DNA from: Lophium mytilinum
Lineage: Eukaryota
Assembly (NCBI GenBank): GCA_010093605.1
Contig: MU004181.1
Coordinates: 3,720,001 to 3,784,000, forward strand
DNA length: 64,000 nt
Direction: 5' to 3'
Shown: in pieces, positions 37,317-48,815 of the stretch
Numbering within the stretch: the stretch's first letter is position 1
Layout of the letters: each line of letters starts with the position of its first letter
Position numbers and translations under genes: made by a program
The notes under the pieces: model-generated
The model's input: only the letters and a program-made list of their open reading frames with translations
Databases searched by the model: none
Told to the model about the DNA's origin: nothing

Positions 37317-39805
37317 AACCCGCATATTGTATTATGAGCAAACGGCCGGTCTACTGGTTTCTTCTCGACTTCAAAAGCTCTGACGACCGCTTTTCCTTCA
37401 TCTTATCGGCAATTGACAATACCCTCATATACCCCCAATACCTTCGTCGTCCCTTTCCTTTGTCTTCGCCTGGCCACTAGGTCCTGGAGACCAGTCCGCC
37501 AGTGGTGCTTGCAGAACAACTTCGACTCTTATCAGCGCGCTGCTTCCTTGGACTCGACCTCTTTTCTACACAGCTGTTGAGCAGCATAGGATATTACAAT
37601 GCCTCGTCATAGGAATCCGCACACTTGTTTACCGCTGCCTGACGAGCCTCGTAGTATTTTCAGCATGCCGAATGAGAGAAAAGTACGGCATTTTGGACTA
37701 CTATCAAACTCGCGAGGTTACTCCAGACAGTACCAACACAGTGTACGGACATCTATGGCAAGGCACTGTACCATACAACAACCACAAACATAGCCCTACG
37801 ACACTCTTTACGATGAGAGTTGGAGCGGTTACGTGGGCTTTCTGGATGGCGCCGGGTGGCGCAGATATCTGAGACATACCATGTATTGTTTCTGCTTGCA
37901 CCATTTCTTATATTCCCTTGGCTTGGATCACACTCACGGCAATTTGAGTGCATGGACCTTCTCTATACCACAAAAGCACGCTTGGGAATCATTGGGATAT
38001 CTATTAGGACTTTCAACCATTTATATAGCATTTGCATGGGCATAGGATTTGTTTTGGATGTTTTTTCGTTGGTTTGGATAATCTCCCATAGGTTACGGTC
38101 CTTTTGCTACCAAATGACCGGTAGGTTCGTATGATAGGGTTTGGGATTAGACACAGAATCGCAACTCCAGATACTTGTTCGCTCCCTCACACAGAATTGC
38201 AACAACAAAATTGCAACACTACTCTCCTTCACACACAAATCTTCTTGCCTCGGCGCACCTGAGTCAACGATGTGACTATTCCCCCTCCTCGAAGCCTCAG
38301 ATGAACGGACCATTCCAAGCCGCGCGGCCTAGACAGCTAGATCAGGTACGGTTGAAGTTACGATTGGGCACTGGGGCTACCTCCTAGTACAGCGCTAAAG
38401 CCGGTATCAGACCACACCAACGTCTGTCCAGCATTATCCAGTTCAGTTCGCAGGAGCGGACGCGCAACCCGGAAGCTCATGAATGCACCAGTGAAATATC
38501 TCATATCAATAAGAATACAGCCAATAGGAAGCTTCTAGTGATGAGAGCTGCAGGGATATACTTGAGCAACACATGCCCTCTGGGCTTTTCGTACACTAGC
38601 CTAGCACCGCCTGGGGTCCTGTAGTACGTTATAAGAGATCGGAAAGGACAGTTTTGACAAGACTAAACGCGTTGCGGGCCACTTCAAACGGTGTCAGACT
38701 GTCCCTTTACACTGTTTGTTCAACAGAAAGTCCGAGCGTTGCGCCACGACAGGCCAAGGGATAATCTTAAAATTTTCATTCGGCAGTCAATTAGTTGTTC
38801 TAGCGGTAGCAACAAGACAAGTTGGAAATCTCTCCCTCTCAAAGTCACTGCAGAGGTAATTGAACGCTTTACGAACCCACGCACAGTCGTCTCGGTACAA
38901 CTTGCAAGTGATCGGAGCCGCTATATCGGATCCGTTTAAGCTTCCGACGTGGGCCCGGAGGCGCCGATGCCAGCGCGTCACTCAGCCTTGCTCCAAAGCA
39001 AACTCTGCGTCACTTCACAACGAGAGAATTAGGACGGCGGCCCCATCGATTCTATTTTGGTTTTGTGTCACGATGGGGGAGAGGATGAGGATTGAACAAT
39101 GCATTGGCACGATTGGTTCCATGGCTCACGGAGACTCCGACGCTGAACTAACGGTAGCCGTTATTAACGCCGCGTTAGTGAGAGGTTTGGCGACTGCTCT
39201 ATGGATACCCCACCTCTTCGCCAAGTTACTTCCGCCATACGGAACGGGGTGTTGATAGTTGCCGGCCGGATTGGAGGGTGGAAATGTCGTCGTTGACTCT
39301 TGGTCCCGGTCTCCGTCCATGGATGGATACATACTCACACGAAACCTAAAAAGGCACCAGCATCAAACTATGTACACCACTCCTCACCTGAAACCAAGAC
39401 CCAATCAATCAACGCATCCATTCCCTGCAAACTCGGTTCCATCCCGCCGCCACTTACCTCACCGCCTCAGCCCTCCCAGATCGGAGATGGTTACCCACCC
39501 CAATTCGGAGACGCTGACCCACCAGCTCCCCCTCCACGATCTGACCGTACCTATCATCGGACCCGGTGTCCTGGTACTGGCGCACCGGACCCACGCCTAT
39601 TTACTCTCCGGTCCTGTTAGCTGGAAGCGGCCGCCGAGCTGAGGCCGTACCGCGCTTGGCATGGGTGCGTCTTCAGCTGGGCTGGGGGGGAGGTCACAGG
39701 TGCTCAGCTTGAGGTGTGAAATTGGGTGACCATTATGAATTGATATTAGCTTCACCATAGGTTGTAGTCATTTAGAGACTGTGTCATGGTCATGAAGCAT
39801 AACTA

Positions 39806-40022
39806 CCGTATAGTTTCTGAATATACGGACGCCAGTCTTGGCAAGCCCGCTGATCCCCTAAACTCAACAGCGTTGGAAGGTGGGTCCTAGCGGTGGTGTC
39901 GGGCCAACTCAGGGGGTGGGTGGCCCACAATTCAGCTCGCTGGCGTTGACCTGATACGCTGAAAATTTATGCTTGAGATAGCGCTGCCAAGAGTGGCGTC
40001 CGTATATTCAGAAACTATACGG
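39806..40022. mobile_element. 217-bp MITE, Tc1/mariner-pogo type
   Basis: 38-bp TIRs CCGTATAGTTTCTGAATATACGGACGCCA(G/C)TCTTGGCA at 39806-39843 and 39985-40022 with one mismatch; TA on both sides. Confidence 0.93.
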
Positions 40023-40324
40023 TAGGTGAGAGGAGGTGAGGGGTGCGGCAGCGTCTCATCATAGACTATAGATACCGTACGTTTCTCTGGCAGTGCGTGA
40101 GGTGCTCCATCCGTCCAGTAAAGATTTAGGGCATCGGACCACTCAGCTGATTTTCATACTACGCTCTACCGCTGTCTGGGGTGGGATCGCGAATTGACTA
40201 ACTGTTTAGAGTATTAAGATGTATATTGATCCGAAATTGCGAAAACATCGCAAGCAGTAGATCTCACGATGCAATACGAGGATTAGAAGAAAGGCCTTCT
40301 TGTATTGCGTATACAGACCAAGTA

Positions 40325-40666
40325 GGTTCAAGATTTTTGGCCAGGGAACCCTTCAAGTCGGACCGATTTCGATTCGCTTCAATCCAGAGTTGAGACGCTT
40401 GAGACTTTACTGGTAAGACTGCTATTATGCCTGCTCTTGGGTACCCAGACTGATGGTAGTAGTATGGAAGCCTTCAGCCAGATTCTGTGAAGTTGGGCGG
40501 CAAGACCAAGACGCTGGGCGAGAAGGTCGACGCGCTCCACGATTATGTGTGCAAGTGGGTGATGGCGTCGAAAGCACCATATGACAGCGAAGTCGAAGCA
40601 GACAAGCAGAAAGCTTTGGTCTGTGATTCGCTCTTCAAGAAGGCGCAGATTGGAAAGCTGGGATGA
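40325..40666 (+). pseudogene. Spliced gene fragment with no start
   Basis: ..QSRVETLETLL|GTAAGA..CTGAT..TAG|YGSLQPDSVKLGG..KAQIGKLG* joins in frame; upstream frame closed by TAG. Confidence 0.3.
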
Positions 40667-40668
40667 TT

Positions 40669-40874
40669 CAGCTAGCACCCTTTCACGCTTGTATGATATT
40701 GGACTCGGTAAACACTGGCAACGGGAGAGGCCCTGAGTGATTGAGCCTAATTAGGCACCCTATCTTATACCAGATCACCTTTAGAAACACTACTCAAGCC
40801 TCTTTATAAGAACCACTGCAATCCTTAAAGCGTAATCTAGAACTTTTTCAAGACTGCAGTACTATGCCTGTTCC
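40669..40874 (+). repeat. Copy 2 of the duplicated upstream region, diverged mostly by transitions
   Basis: Aligns to 36158-36362 with many C>T and G>A differences. Confidence 0.9.
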
Positions 40875-40969
40875 GGCTGGAAGAAGAGCGAGGCTGGCAC
40901 TAAGCGAGATCACGTGATATAGGCACGTGAGACAAAGCCACGTGATGCCGCAGTGACAGTACCGGTACG

Positions 40970-41587
40970 TATTGGAATTGACGGAGTGTCCGTCTCGTCT
41001 CATCCAGTACTACTCTAGAGCAGTCTAGGTAGTCTTCTTGTTATATACAAGATAGCAGCTCCCTTTGTATTGAGCTCAGTTATAGGCTCGTTCCTCTCTG
41101 TAGTTACTCCAATACACAAGCATTCACATCAGCTTCGTGGCTGATGCTTAATATAGGGTCGAACTCTTCAGAAGTTCCCTTGATGATCACGTCGTTGGCC
41201 TCTTTGAGCCGCTCTTCGGCGTCACTGCCCGTCAGTGAATCAGACAGTAAAAGCTTTGGAGTGAATGGGGGTATGGTGATCGCTCCGGTGACTAGCTCTT
41301 CACCTCTAAGGTAGGCCGTGAGCTGCGCTCTCCATTGGATGATATTCTGACCCTCTTTCTTCAGCTTTGGTAGCCGAGCGAAGTCCTTCGTCAGGACGAC
41401 TGTGCATAGCCGTAGCTATGAAACACCACGACCTTTGGTTGTGAATGCTTGTGTATTGGAGTAACTATAGAGAGGAACGAGCATATATCTAAACTTAATA
41501 TAGAGGGAGTTGCTGTCTCGTATAGAACAAGAAGACTATCTAGACTGTTCTAGAGTAGTACTGGATGAGACGGGACGGACACTCCGT
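40970..41587. mobile_element. Inverted pair of copia-like LTRs around a gag-like fragment
   Basis: 40981-41128 is the reverse complement of 41440-41587 (~148 bp). The unit has TATATA, AATACA and a ..TCACA end. The inner minus frame reads LPKLKKEGQNIIQWRAQLTAYLRGEEL. Confidence 0.75.
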
Positions 41588-41697
41588 AGGCGATAGGGTC
41601 GCGATACGGGCATGACGCAGCCCGTGTAGTGCTCCATCCTTCTAGTGGAGATCTAGAGAAGTAGACAGGTAACATATCTGATTTATGGACTATCCCA

Positions 41698-44275
41698 TTA
41701 CGTGCTATCTAGTCTATCTCCCTGCCAAAAAGCATCAGGGCTATCGAGCTGGAAGCCCTGTACGAATGCTTCCCAATTTGGCCATTCTTCCATGTTAATG
41801 CTGAGACCGAACTCATCACCGTCTGCATCTCCAGGCATGTACCCGGAGGCCCTAGGTGATCCTTCTCCGGGCACTTGGCCCGGACTGGAATGGCTAGTTC
41901 TCGATTGTTCCCCTGGGCTCAATCTTTGTAAACTTTCTCTCACTGACATGGCCTTCGTCTTGAGGGCTACCAACACTGCTGACTTCGGGCCAAATCCCAT
42001 AGTAGACTCATCCCATAACTCTTGAGAAAATAGGGGTTGTACCGCCTCCCATGCACTGTCGATATTTGGGCCTTCAGGTTTGACACACAGATGCCACAGA
42101 ACGTACATGGTGATATGGTATTGCGGATAAGCTTTCCTAGCCCACGCAAATTGCTTGAGCAGATCATCCTCGTGGTAGAGTCTCGGCGCTAAGATATCCA
42201 GGGCCTCGCCCAGATTTTCCTCGGTCGCAAAGTCTATTGGGGGGCCAGCACGCTGCAATAAAATCCATTGCAGTCTCGTTACGAAGTCGAGCTTTCGAAG
42301 CAAGAAGCGGGAGCAAAGGCGCGTCATTCGATGCTGAGGTATGACAGGATTGCATTGCGCTAACAACCTCTCGATACGCACCTGAGTCTCTTTGATAACG
42401 CCTGCTCTAGCCTCTTCGCTTGGAGGAGCCGAAGATGTTGTTGAAGCGGTGATAGCTGCTAGTCTTTGAATAGACTTCGACAGATCAATGTTGATCAGCG
42501 AGAAAGTCATACTAGTCCAGCCCTTTTTCGCGGCAGGGAGGCGCTGCATTTCTGGATAGAGATCTGTATCGTCGACGTTGATTGGTAGGCTAACTTCTGA
42601 CACCAGGATCAGATTGTTGGTGTTTTGTAGACCGTAATCCTCGCCTGCACGGCCATCTCGGGTGAGCAAATGCCACCAAAGGCGACGGCGGATCTCAGAC
42701 TGGAAAGGCGAGAGACCAAGTCGCTCTCCATCGCGATGAAGGCCCAGCGACTCAGCGATACGAATTGCGAGGCCGTTGAGAATCCATATCCCTTTACCGT
42801 GATTATGCACGCGAATCGCAGACTAGAGACAACTTAGATCTGCTGGAGAAGCAAACAATAAGCGAGAACGGAACATACAAGATATATTGCCAAAGCGTGA
42901 AGGCCAGTCATAGTTGGACGGTCCAAGAAGTCCATATGCGCGAGTGCTTGTTCTAGACCAACCTTGAGTTGGAGTAGAAGAGTATGTTTATCTTGTCCTA
43001 GATTTACGCGCGCTTCTACATCGTCGAGAGAGACTGTTGACACAAAGTAGACGGCGAAGCTAAGGGCAAGATTCTCTAAAGATGCCGTCTTTGGGTCATC
43101 AATGGTTGAATACACCTTAATTTCATCGGTTGGGAGACTTAAGGTGGCAACACAGTTAGCAAATAGTTCAAAACCAGAGTAAGGAAACTAATATTAATAA
43201 CAGGTTATGCTGCGTGATACTCTCCTTCAGGGAATTCCAAGACACCATTGTCCAATTTACCCACTCAAAACCACTGTTGGGGGTAGCCTGACTGCTGAGC
43301 AGGCAATCAGTCAAGAGGCAGTCTAATCTGCACTGCTTGAAGTTTGCCATTGCCCTCGAGTGTTCGAAACCCTGTGGGGGTACCCCAAGCAGTGGCATAC
43401 CAGTGAACAGTGGTTGCCTCGGAATACCCCCTGAGTAGTCTTTCAAACAGACATACTGCTGGGAACCTTTTTATCTGTGCTGGGGGCTTACGTACTGCAA
43501 CATCTTGAATCCTGCACAGCCTTCGACGTTGTCCACGTAGACTCTCCAAAGCCTCAGCGCTAGCTGCTTAGTCGGATGAAAATTGGCAGGCGCTACTGAT
43601 AAAGAAGCAGAGGATATAATCCCCATGGCATTGAACGGCGATACTACTGGCGGCTGCGGGGGTGCTGTCTGAGGAGGTGTCAAAGCGCATTCGACGTTTC
43701 TCTCCTGCAGTAGCTGTTAGCATCGCGGGATGGATTGGAATATCAATGGCAAAATTGGTGTAACGACCTCTTCTATGACTCTAGACATGAACACTTCATT
43801 GAAGTACTGGCTTGATGACCCCTTCTGGACAAGAATGCCGCCCCTAGACCTCTCCCTCAAATGCTCGGAGTTCAAAGCGGTCGCCGAAGGCGTGTGACTC
43901 GCAGCCTCGGAATGTAGATTCGTCGAAACTGATGCCTCATCTTTTCTAGCCTCCCTAAGAGACTTTTCTAGACTAGAGATGCGGGAAGCCATGTCAGCTA
44001 TGATGGTCTCTTTCGTTCGCCGTTTCCGTGGACCCGGTCGTGGATAGGCACACGGCCGACCAGCTCGGAGGCATGATGAGCATGGTTCTCTTTTGTCACA
44101 GCGAATTTTCTTGCTGTTACAGGTGTAGCACGAACGAGATGTCCAGCGGCTGCTTTGAGTTTCCTCCGAGTCCGGCTCAGAGCAGGGCGTTAAGCTGAAT
44201 TGGGCGGCGCTTGTATCGAAGACCATCTCCACCCCTGAATATGCTTGCTTGTAGAAGTGGAGGCTCAAATGGCAT
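41698..44275 (-). CDS. Zn(II)2Cys6 transcription factor with Fungal_trans domain, multi-exon
   Basis: CYTCNSKKIRCDKREPCSSCLRAGRPC, AIRIAESLGLHRDG..EIRRRLWW and PINVDDTDL; start uncertain (44275 or 44226). Confidence 0.92.
43227..43434. mobile_element. MITE-like insertion in an intron (about 43139-43497) of the TF gene
   Basis: Core 43251-43405 matches 30573-30726; imperfect inverted repeats at 43227-43254 and 43404-43434. Confidence 0.7.
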
Positions 44276-44394
44276 GTTTCGGTATGTCGAAAAGATTTCT
44301 GAAACCACTGGTTCCGCTGGAGAGCAGATGATGGTTCGGTCGTTTTTAAGGCCGAGCGGTGCAGTCACATGACCATTATCATCGGCCCCTTTCT

Positions 44395-44508
44395 ATTTTA
44401 CGACCGAGCCGGAAACATCCCCGTCGTCACCTCCCTCCCGGAATGCCCTTTTTCGTTGCTTCCACAATAGATCGTGAAAGCTCTTAGAATTTTACGACCG
44501 CGCCCGAA
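44395..44508. promoter_or_regulatory. Repeated CCG-containing motif in the shared TF/MFS promoter; candidate Zn2Cys6 sites
   Basis: ATTTTACGACCGAGCCGGAA (44395-44414) and ATTTTACGACCGCGCCCGAA (44489-44508), 18 of 20 identical. Confidence 0.5.
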
Positions 44509-44843
44509 TGTAGCTTGTCAATCTTTTGACAGCGACCCACCACGCCGTCGCTTTGATTCGATGATCATGACTTTCTTAACTCCATGATATCCTTTTCAGA
44601 GAGGGCATACCGGTGATGAGCTTCACAATATCCCGGGTTGCGGCCTTACTTCAACTAAATCCGGGCATTACTCCCAAAATCCGATGTCTCAAGGTCTATC
44701 TTCCAGTGTCTACTAGGCTATAAGTACTAGCTAGAAAGGCAGCATGGAAGGCTCGAGATTCAGCCCAACTCATTTCCGTCCTTACTTGTCACTGATAGCC
44801 TTCGACCTTTCATTCGTCTATCTAGTCTTGAATTCCAGCAATC

Positions 44844-46364
44844 ATGTCAGAGCCAAATCAATCCACGGTAACAGCTGGGGATCAACTGCCCGGAGGAAGT
44901 CCTGAGAAAGCAGAATATCAAGCTGGAAACTCGAACCTCCCCACTACTTCGCACGACGATGATGTTGAGAAGGTTCCCCAACCAGAGCCACCAGGCAGCG
45001 ATGCGCCAGATGGCGGTGCTGCCGCTTGGCTGGTTGTGCTTGGAACTTGGTGCACATCCTTCTGCAGCTTCGGTTGGCTGAATAGTAGGACAGCCTCTGG
45101 CCGTGCGTGCGCTTAAGCCGTAGACTAACAATCATCAGGTGTTGGAGTATTCCAGGAGTACTACCAGGTCGAACTGCTCAGTAACTACTCGCCAAGCACC
45201 ATCTCATGGATTCCGTCGCTACAAATATTTCTCATGATGGGCATGGTATGTCCAAACTCCCATGACCAAATAGAACTTGCTGATGCTCTGCAGGGGCCCT
45301 TCGTTGGGATCATCTACGATCACTATGGTCCCCGCTGGCTACTACTCGGTGGCAGCCTTCTGCATATATTTGGCATCATGATGGCTAGCCTGGGAACCGA
45401 GTACTACCAGATACTCCTTGCACAAGGAATATGCTCCGGTATTGGTGCTTCAGCCATCTTCCAACCCTGTACGTATACATTCCGTTTCAGTGTTTGCCCC
45501 TCAATGCTAGTATACTGACAGGTCTTAGCTGTCACCTGTGCCGCCGGGTGGTTCAATAAAAACCGTGGCGCTGCTTTCGGAATTCTTTTCACGGGCTCCA
45601 GTTTAGGAGGCGTCATCTTCCCGATAATGGTGTCACATCTCATCCGCGAAGTTGGCTTCGGCTGGGCTATGCGTACCTGCGCATTTCTCATGCTCTTTCT
45701 CCTAATCATTGCCAATCTGACCGTCCGCCCTCTCCATCCTCCACAACCGCACAAAGTCACCCGCGCCCAGCTCGCCAAGCCATTCACCGAGATCCAGTTC
45801 GTCCTGCTCACCGCCGGCTTCTTCTTATTCAGCTACGGCTTCTTCGTCCCAATAAACTACCTCCCCGTTCAAGCCCTCAGTGCGGGCATGAACCCCAACC
45901 TAGCCCAATATCTATTGCCAATCCTAAACGCCGGATCGCTATTCGGCCGCCTCTTCTCCGGCTTCTTTGGCGACAAAATCGGCCGCTACAACATCTTCAT
46001 CCTCGTCTGCTATCTATCCGGCATCTGGATTCTAGCACTCTGGCTCCCCGACTCCGGCGATGCAGCGCTTATTGCATTTGCCATTCTTTTCGGCTTCTTT
46101 TCCGGCGCTTACGTCTCCCTGATCACGCCTTTAGTGATGGCAATCTCGCCAATGGCGGAGCTCGGGTTCCGCTCAGGCATTGTCATGTTTGTTACCGCTA
46201 TTGGCGGCTTGACGACTAATCCTATTAATGGCGCTATACTGGACGGTGCGGGCGGCTGGGATGGTCTGAAGATCTTCTCTGGCGTGTTTTGTCTTGCTGG
46301 TACTACCTTTGTGCTTGTTGCGAGGATTAAGAAGACAGGTTGGAAATTGCTTGTCCGGTTTTAG
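44844..46364 (+). CDS. MFS monocarboxylate-porter family transporter (MCH-like), multi-exon
   Basis: [40 protein letters not shown] and GFGWAMR. Confidence 0.93.
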
Positions 46365-46645
46365 ATTGCATGTTGTCTTTAGAGATGGAGTACTAGCAGA
46401 TATACTTACCAAAAGCCTTTTTTCCTTTCAGTCATTCAATCAGTAGCACATGATTTTGTAATATATAGACCGCAGAAAAAGACCGGTTGATTTATAGTCT
46501 CCACTCCATACATAGCAGCTATCTGGCTCTTCTGCTAACTGGCGATCTACTCCCTAAACTCTCTGAATACTTCTTAACCGCTACTGTCTCTATCGCTACT
46601 CAAATCGATGGGAGTATTTGACGTGCAGCACTTCGGTCCCGGCAA

Positions 46646-48349
46646 TCACAAGCGGGATTTAGTCTCTGGCTCCAACACAAACTCCCCCTTCTCAACCCTT
46701 CCACAAAGCTCCTTCAACACCGTCCCCGCCCACTCGAAGTCCTCCATATCCAAATACACCTGCCCGCTAAATCTCACCCACCACGCGCCTCCATACACCA
46801 TCATAGCAATGAAGGTATCGTATTCCTCCACCATGCGCTCCACCATCCAATCCCGCACCAGGCTCTGCACCTCCGCGGGACTATTCGTCAACCCCTTCGA
46901 TGCCGTAACCTTCACAATAGCATCGACGTCGAGCGGGAGGCGGACGTTGGCCATACAGCACTTCGTCAGCGTGCCCGTCGAGTTCTCTAGTATCTCGGTG
47001 CCGAGTACTTTAGCAGCATGTTTTGCGGCCGAGAGCGCAAGAGCGGAGTTGTAGGCTATGATGGCTTTCTCGCCGCCAATGCTCTCGCGGTACTTTAGCG
47101 CGGTGGGGATGCAGAGGTAGGGCGAGTTATCGATGGTGCCGATAAACGAGAAGTTGTAGACCCAAGGGGATGAGGAGGAGGGCGCGAAGGGGTTGATGTA
47201 CGCGACGCCTGGCTTTGGAGTGGGGATGAAGCCGTGGGAGGTTGGGAGGGAGGATCGGAGAAGGTGCTGGTTGCGCACAGGCACGTAGAAGACTGCGCAC
47301 CCGCGGGGGACGTAGAGCCACCTGTTCAGGTTAGACAACAGTCTAAGGCTTCGGAACGAGAGCCTGTCCGAGAAATGAAGACGGGAAGGGGAACAAGGAC
47401 ACCCACTTGTGGCAATTGCTAACCAAAAAATCCGGATCTAGCTTCTGCAAGTCCAACTCCACATGCCCGATGGCATGCGCTGCATCAACGCAACTTAGCA
47501 CACCTAGCTCTTTGCAAGCAGCCGTGAGCTTCTCGAACGGCATGCGGACACCCGGCATCGATACTACAGTATCAAAGATTGCGATACGCACACGGTTCCC
47601 CTGCCTTTTTTCCGCTTCTACCTTTCGCTTCATCTCCTCGACAAGCCAGTCATCCTCTACGGGATAAGTGAAGTCAACCTGTACAGCCTCTGCGGGGGTA
47701 GTCTCCGTGATATACGTCACTGTCTTCCCGCAAGCGCCATAGATGGATGAGAAATACAGAATCTTATCCCCCTTCTCGTAGGTGAGATTGCGGAGAACAG
47801 TGTTTATGCCTGTCGTGGCATTGGGAACGTAGACGACGGTGTCGACAGGAGCGTTGAGAACGCCAGCAATCGCGGCGCGGGACTCGATGAGGAGCTTGGG
47901 GTAGGTGTAGCGGATGAAGTGATCTGGGCGAGCTTCGACAGCGTCTTGCATGGCGCGCAAGGTATCACGAACGGTCTTTGGGTAAGTACCGAAAGAGCCT
48001 GGGGATGGTTTAACATGGGTACTCCCGATATACGGGATAGAGATAATTTGGGGTTTTTGACGCATATGTTGACCTATCTTTCCAGACGTAAGAGCAGAAA
48101 GTCCACTACTAACTGATTGAATAATACAATCGAGAGATAATGTTGCTCCGAACTTTCATATTGAGGAATTCCATGCCCGCAACAACGAAAATACTTGCTG
48201 AAAACAAACGTACCATGATTGAGGTTACGATACTTCTCATGAAACAAAAAGTCCTTCCTCAGCTCTTTCGCCGACTTTACCAACCCACTCGTCTCAACCC
48301 CATTTTGCTTCTTGCTATCTCGCACAGGGAGTGTTGACGTGGAAGACAT
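46646..48349 (-). CDS. PLP-dependent class-V aminotransferase-fold C-S lyase (Egt2/LolT-like), three exons
   Basis: LNHG|SFGTYP, NATTGINTVL, FDTVVSMPG, VDAAHAIG, SNCHK|WLYVPRG.A, GTIDNSPY and RFSGQVY. Confidence 0.9.
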
Positions 48350-48815
48350 GCTGTTTCTTTCTTCTCGAAACCAAGACTTAGCCAAATGAAATCTTCTCGA
48401 GATGAAATATGGATCAGACAAAGGACCTGAGGAACTCTACGAGCTTTATACAACAGTCCTTCGAGTCATAAGAATAGGAGAAGACAGCTATAAGGTGACT
48501 CAAGCTGGGCGAATACGATATCGGGAGGATTGTCGAAAGGGCGTGCATGTGGAGTACAGTAGTTGCATGAGTCCTTTCGCATTGGCCAATGAGATCCGAG
48601 CGGCTATTGGCGGGGCATTTTCGCCGGATACTTGCGTGGAGAGCAAGATGTGCATTACAAATGTAGTATCACAGTCTACCGGGAGGGTGAAGAGAGGTGT
48701 GTTGACTGCTTGGGAGCAACCGGGTAAAGGGATGGTGGTGTTAGTGATCCCATCGATGCTGACAAGTATGAATCACGTGATATCCGAGAAATTGCAAAGA
48801 TGTGACCAGCACGCT

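Noticed and set aside
37599..39642. Short ORFs in the gene-poor stretch
   Set aside because: No domain similarity recognised; the region is repeat-rich and probably non-coding
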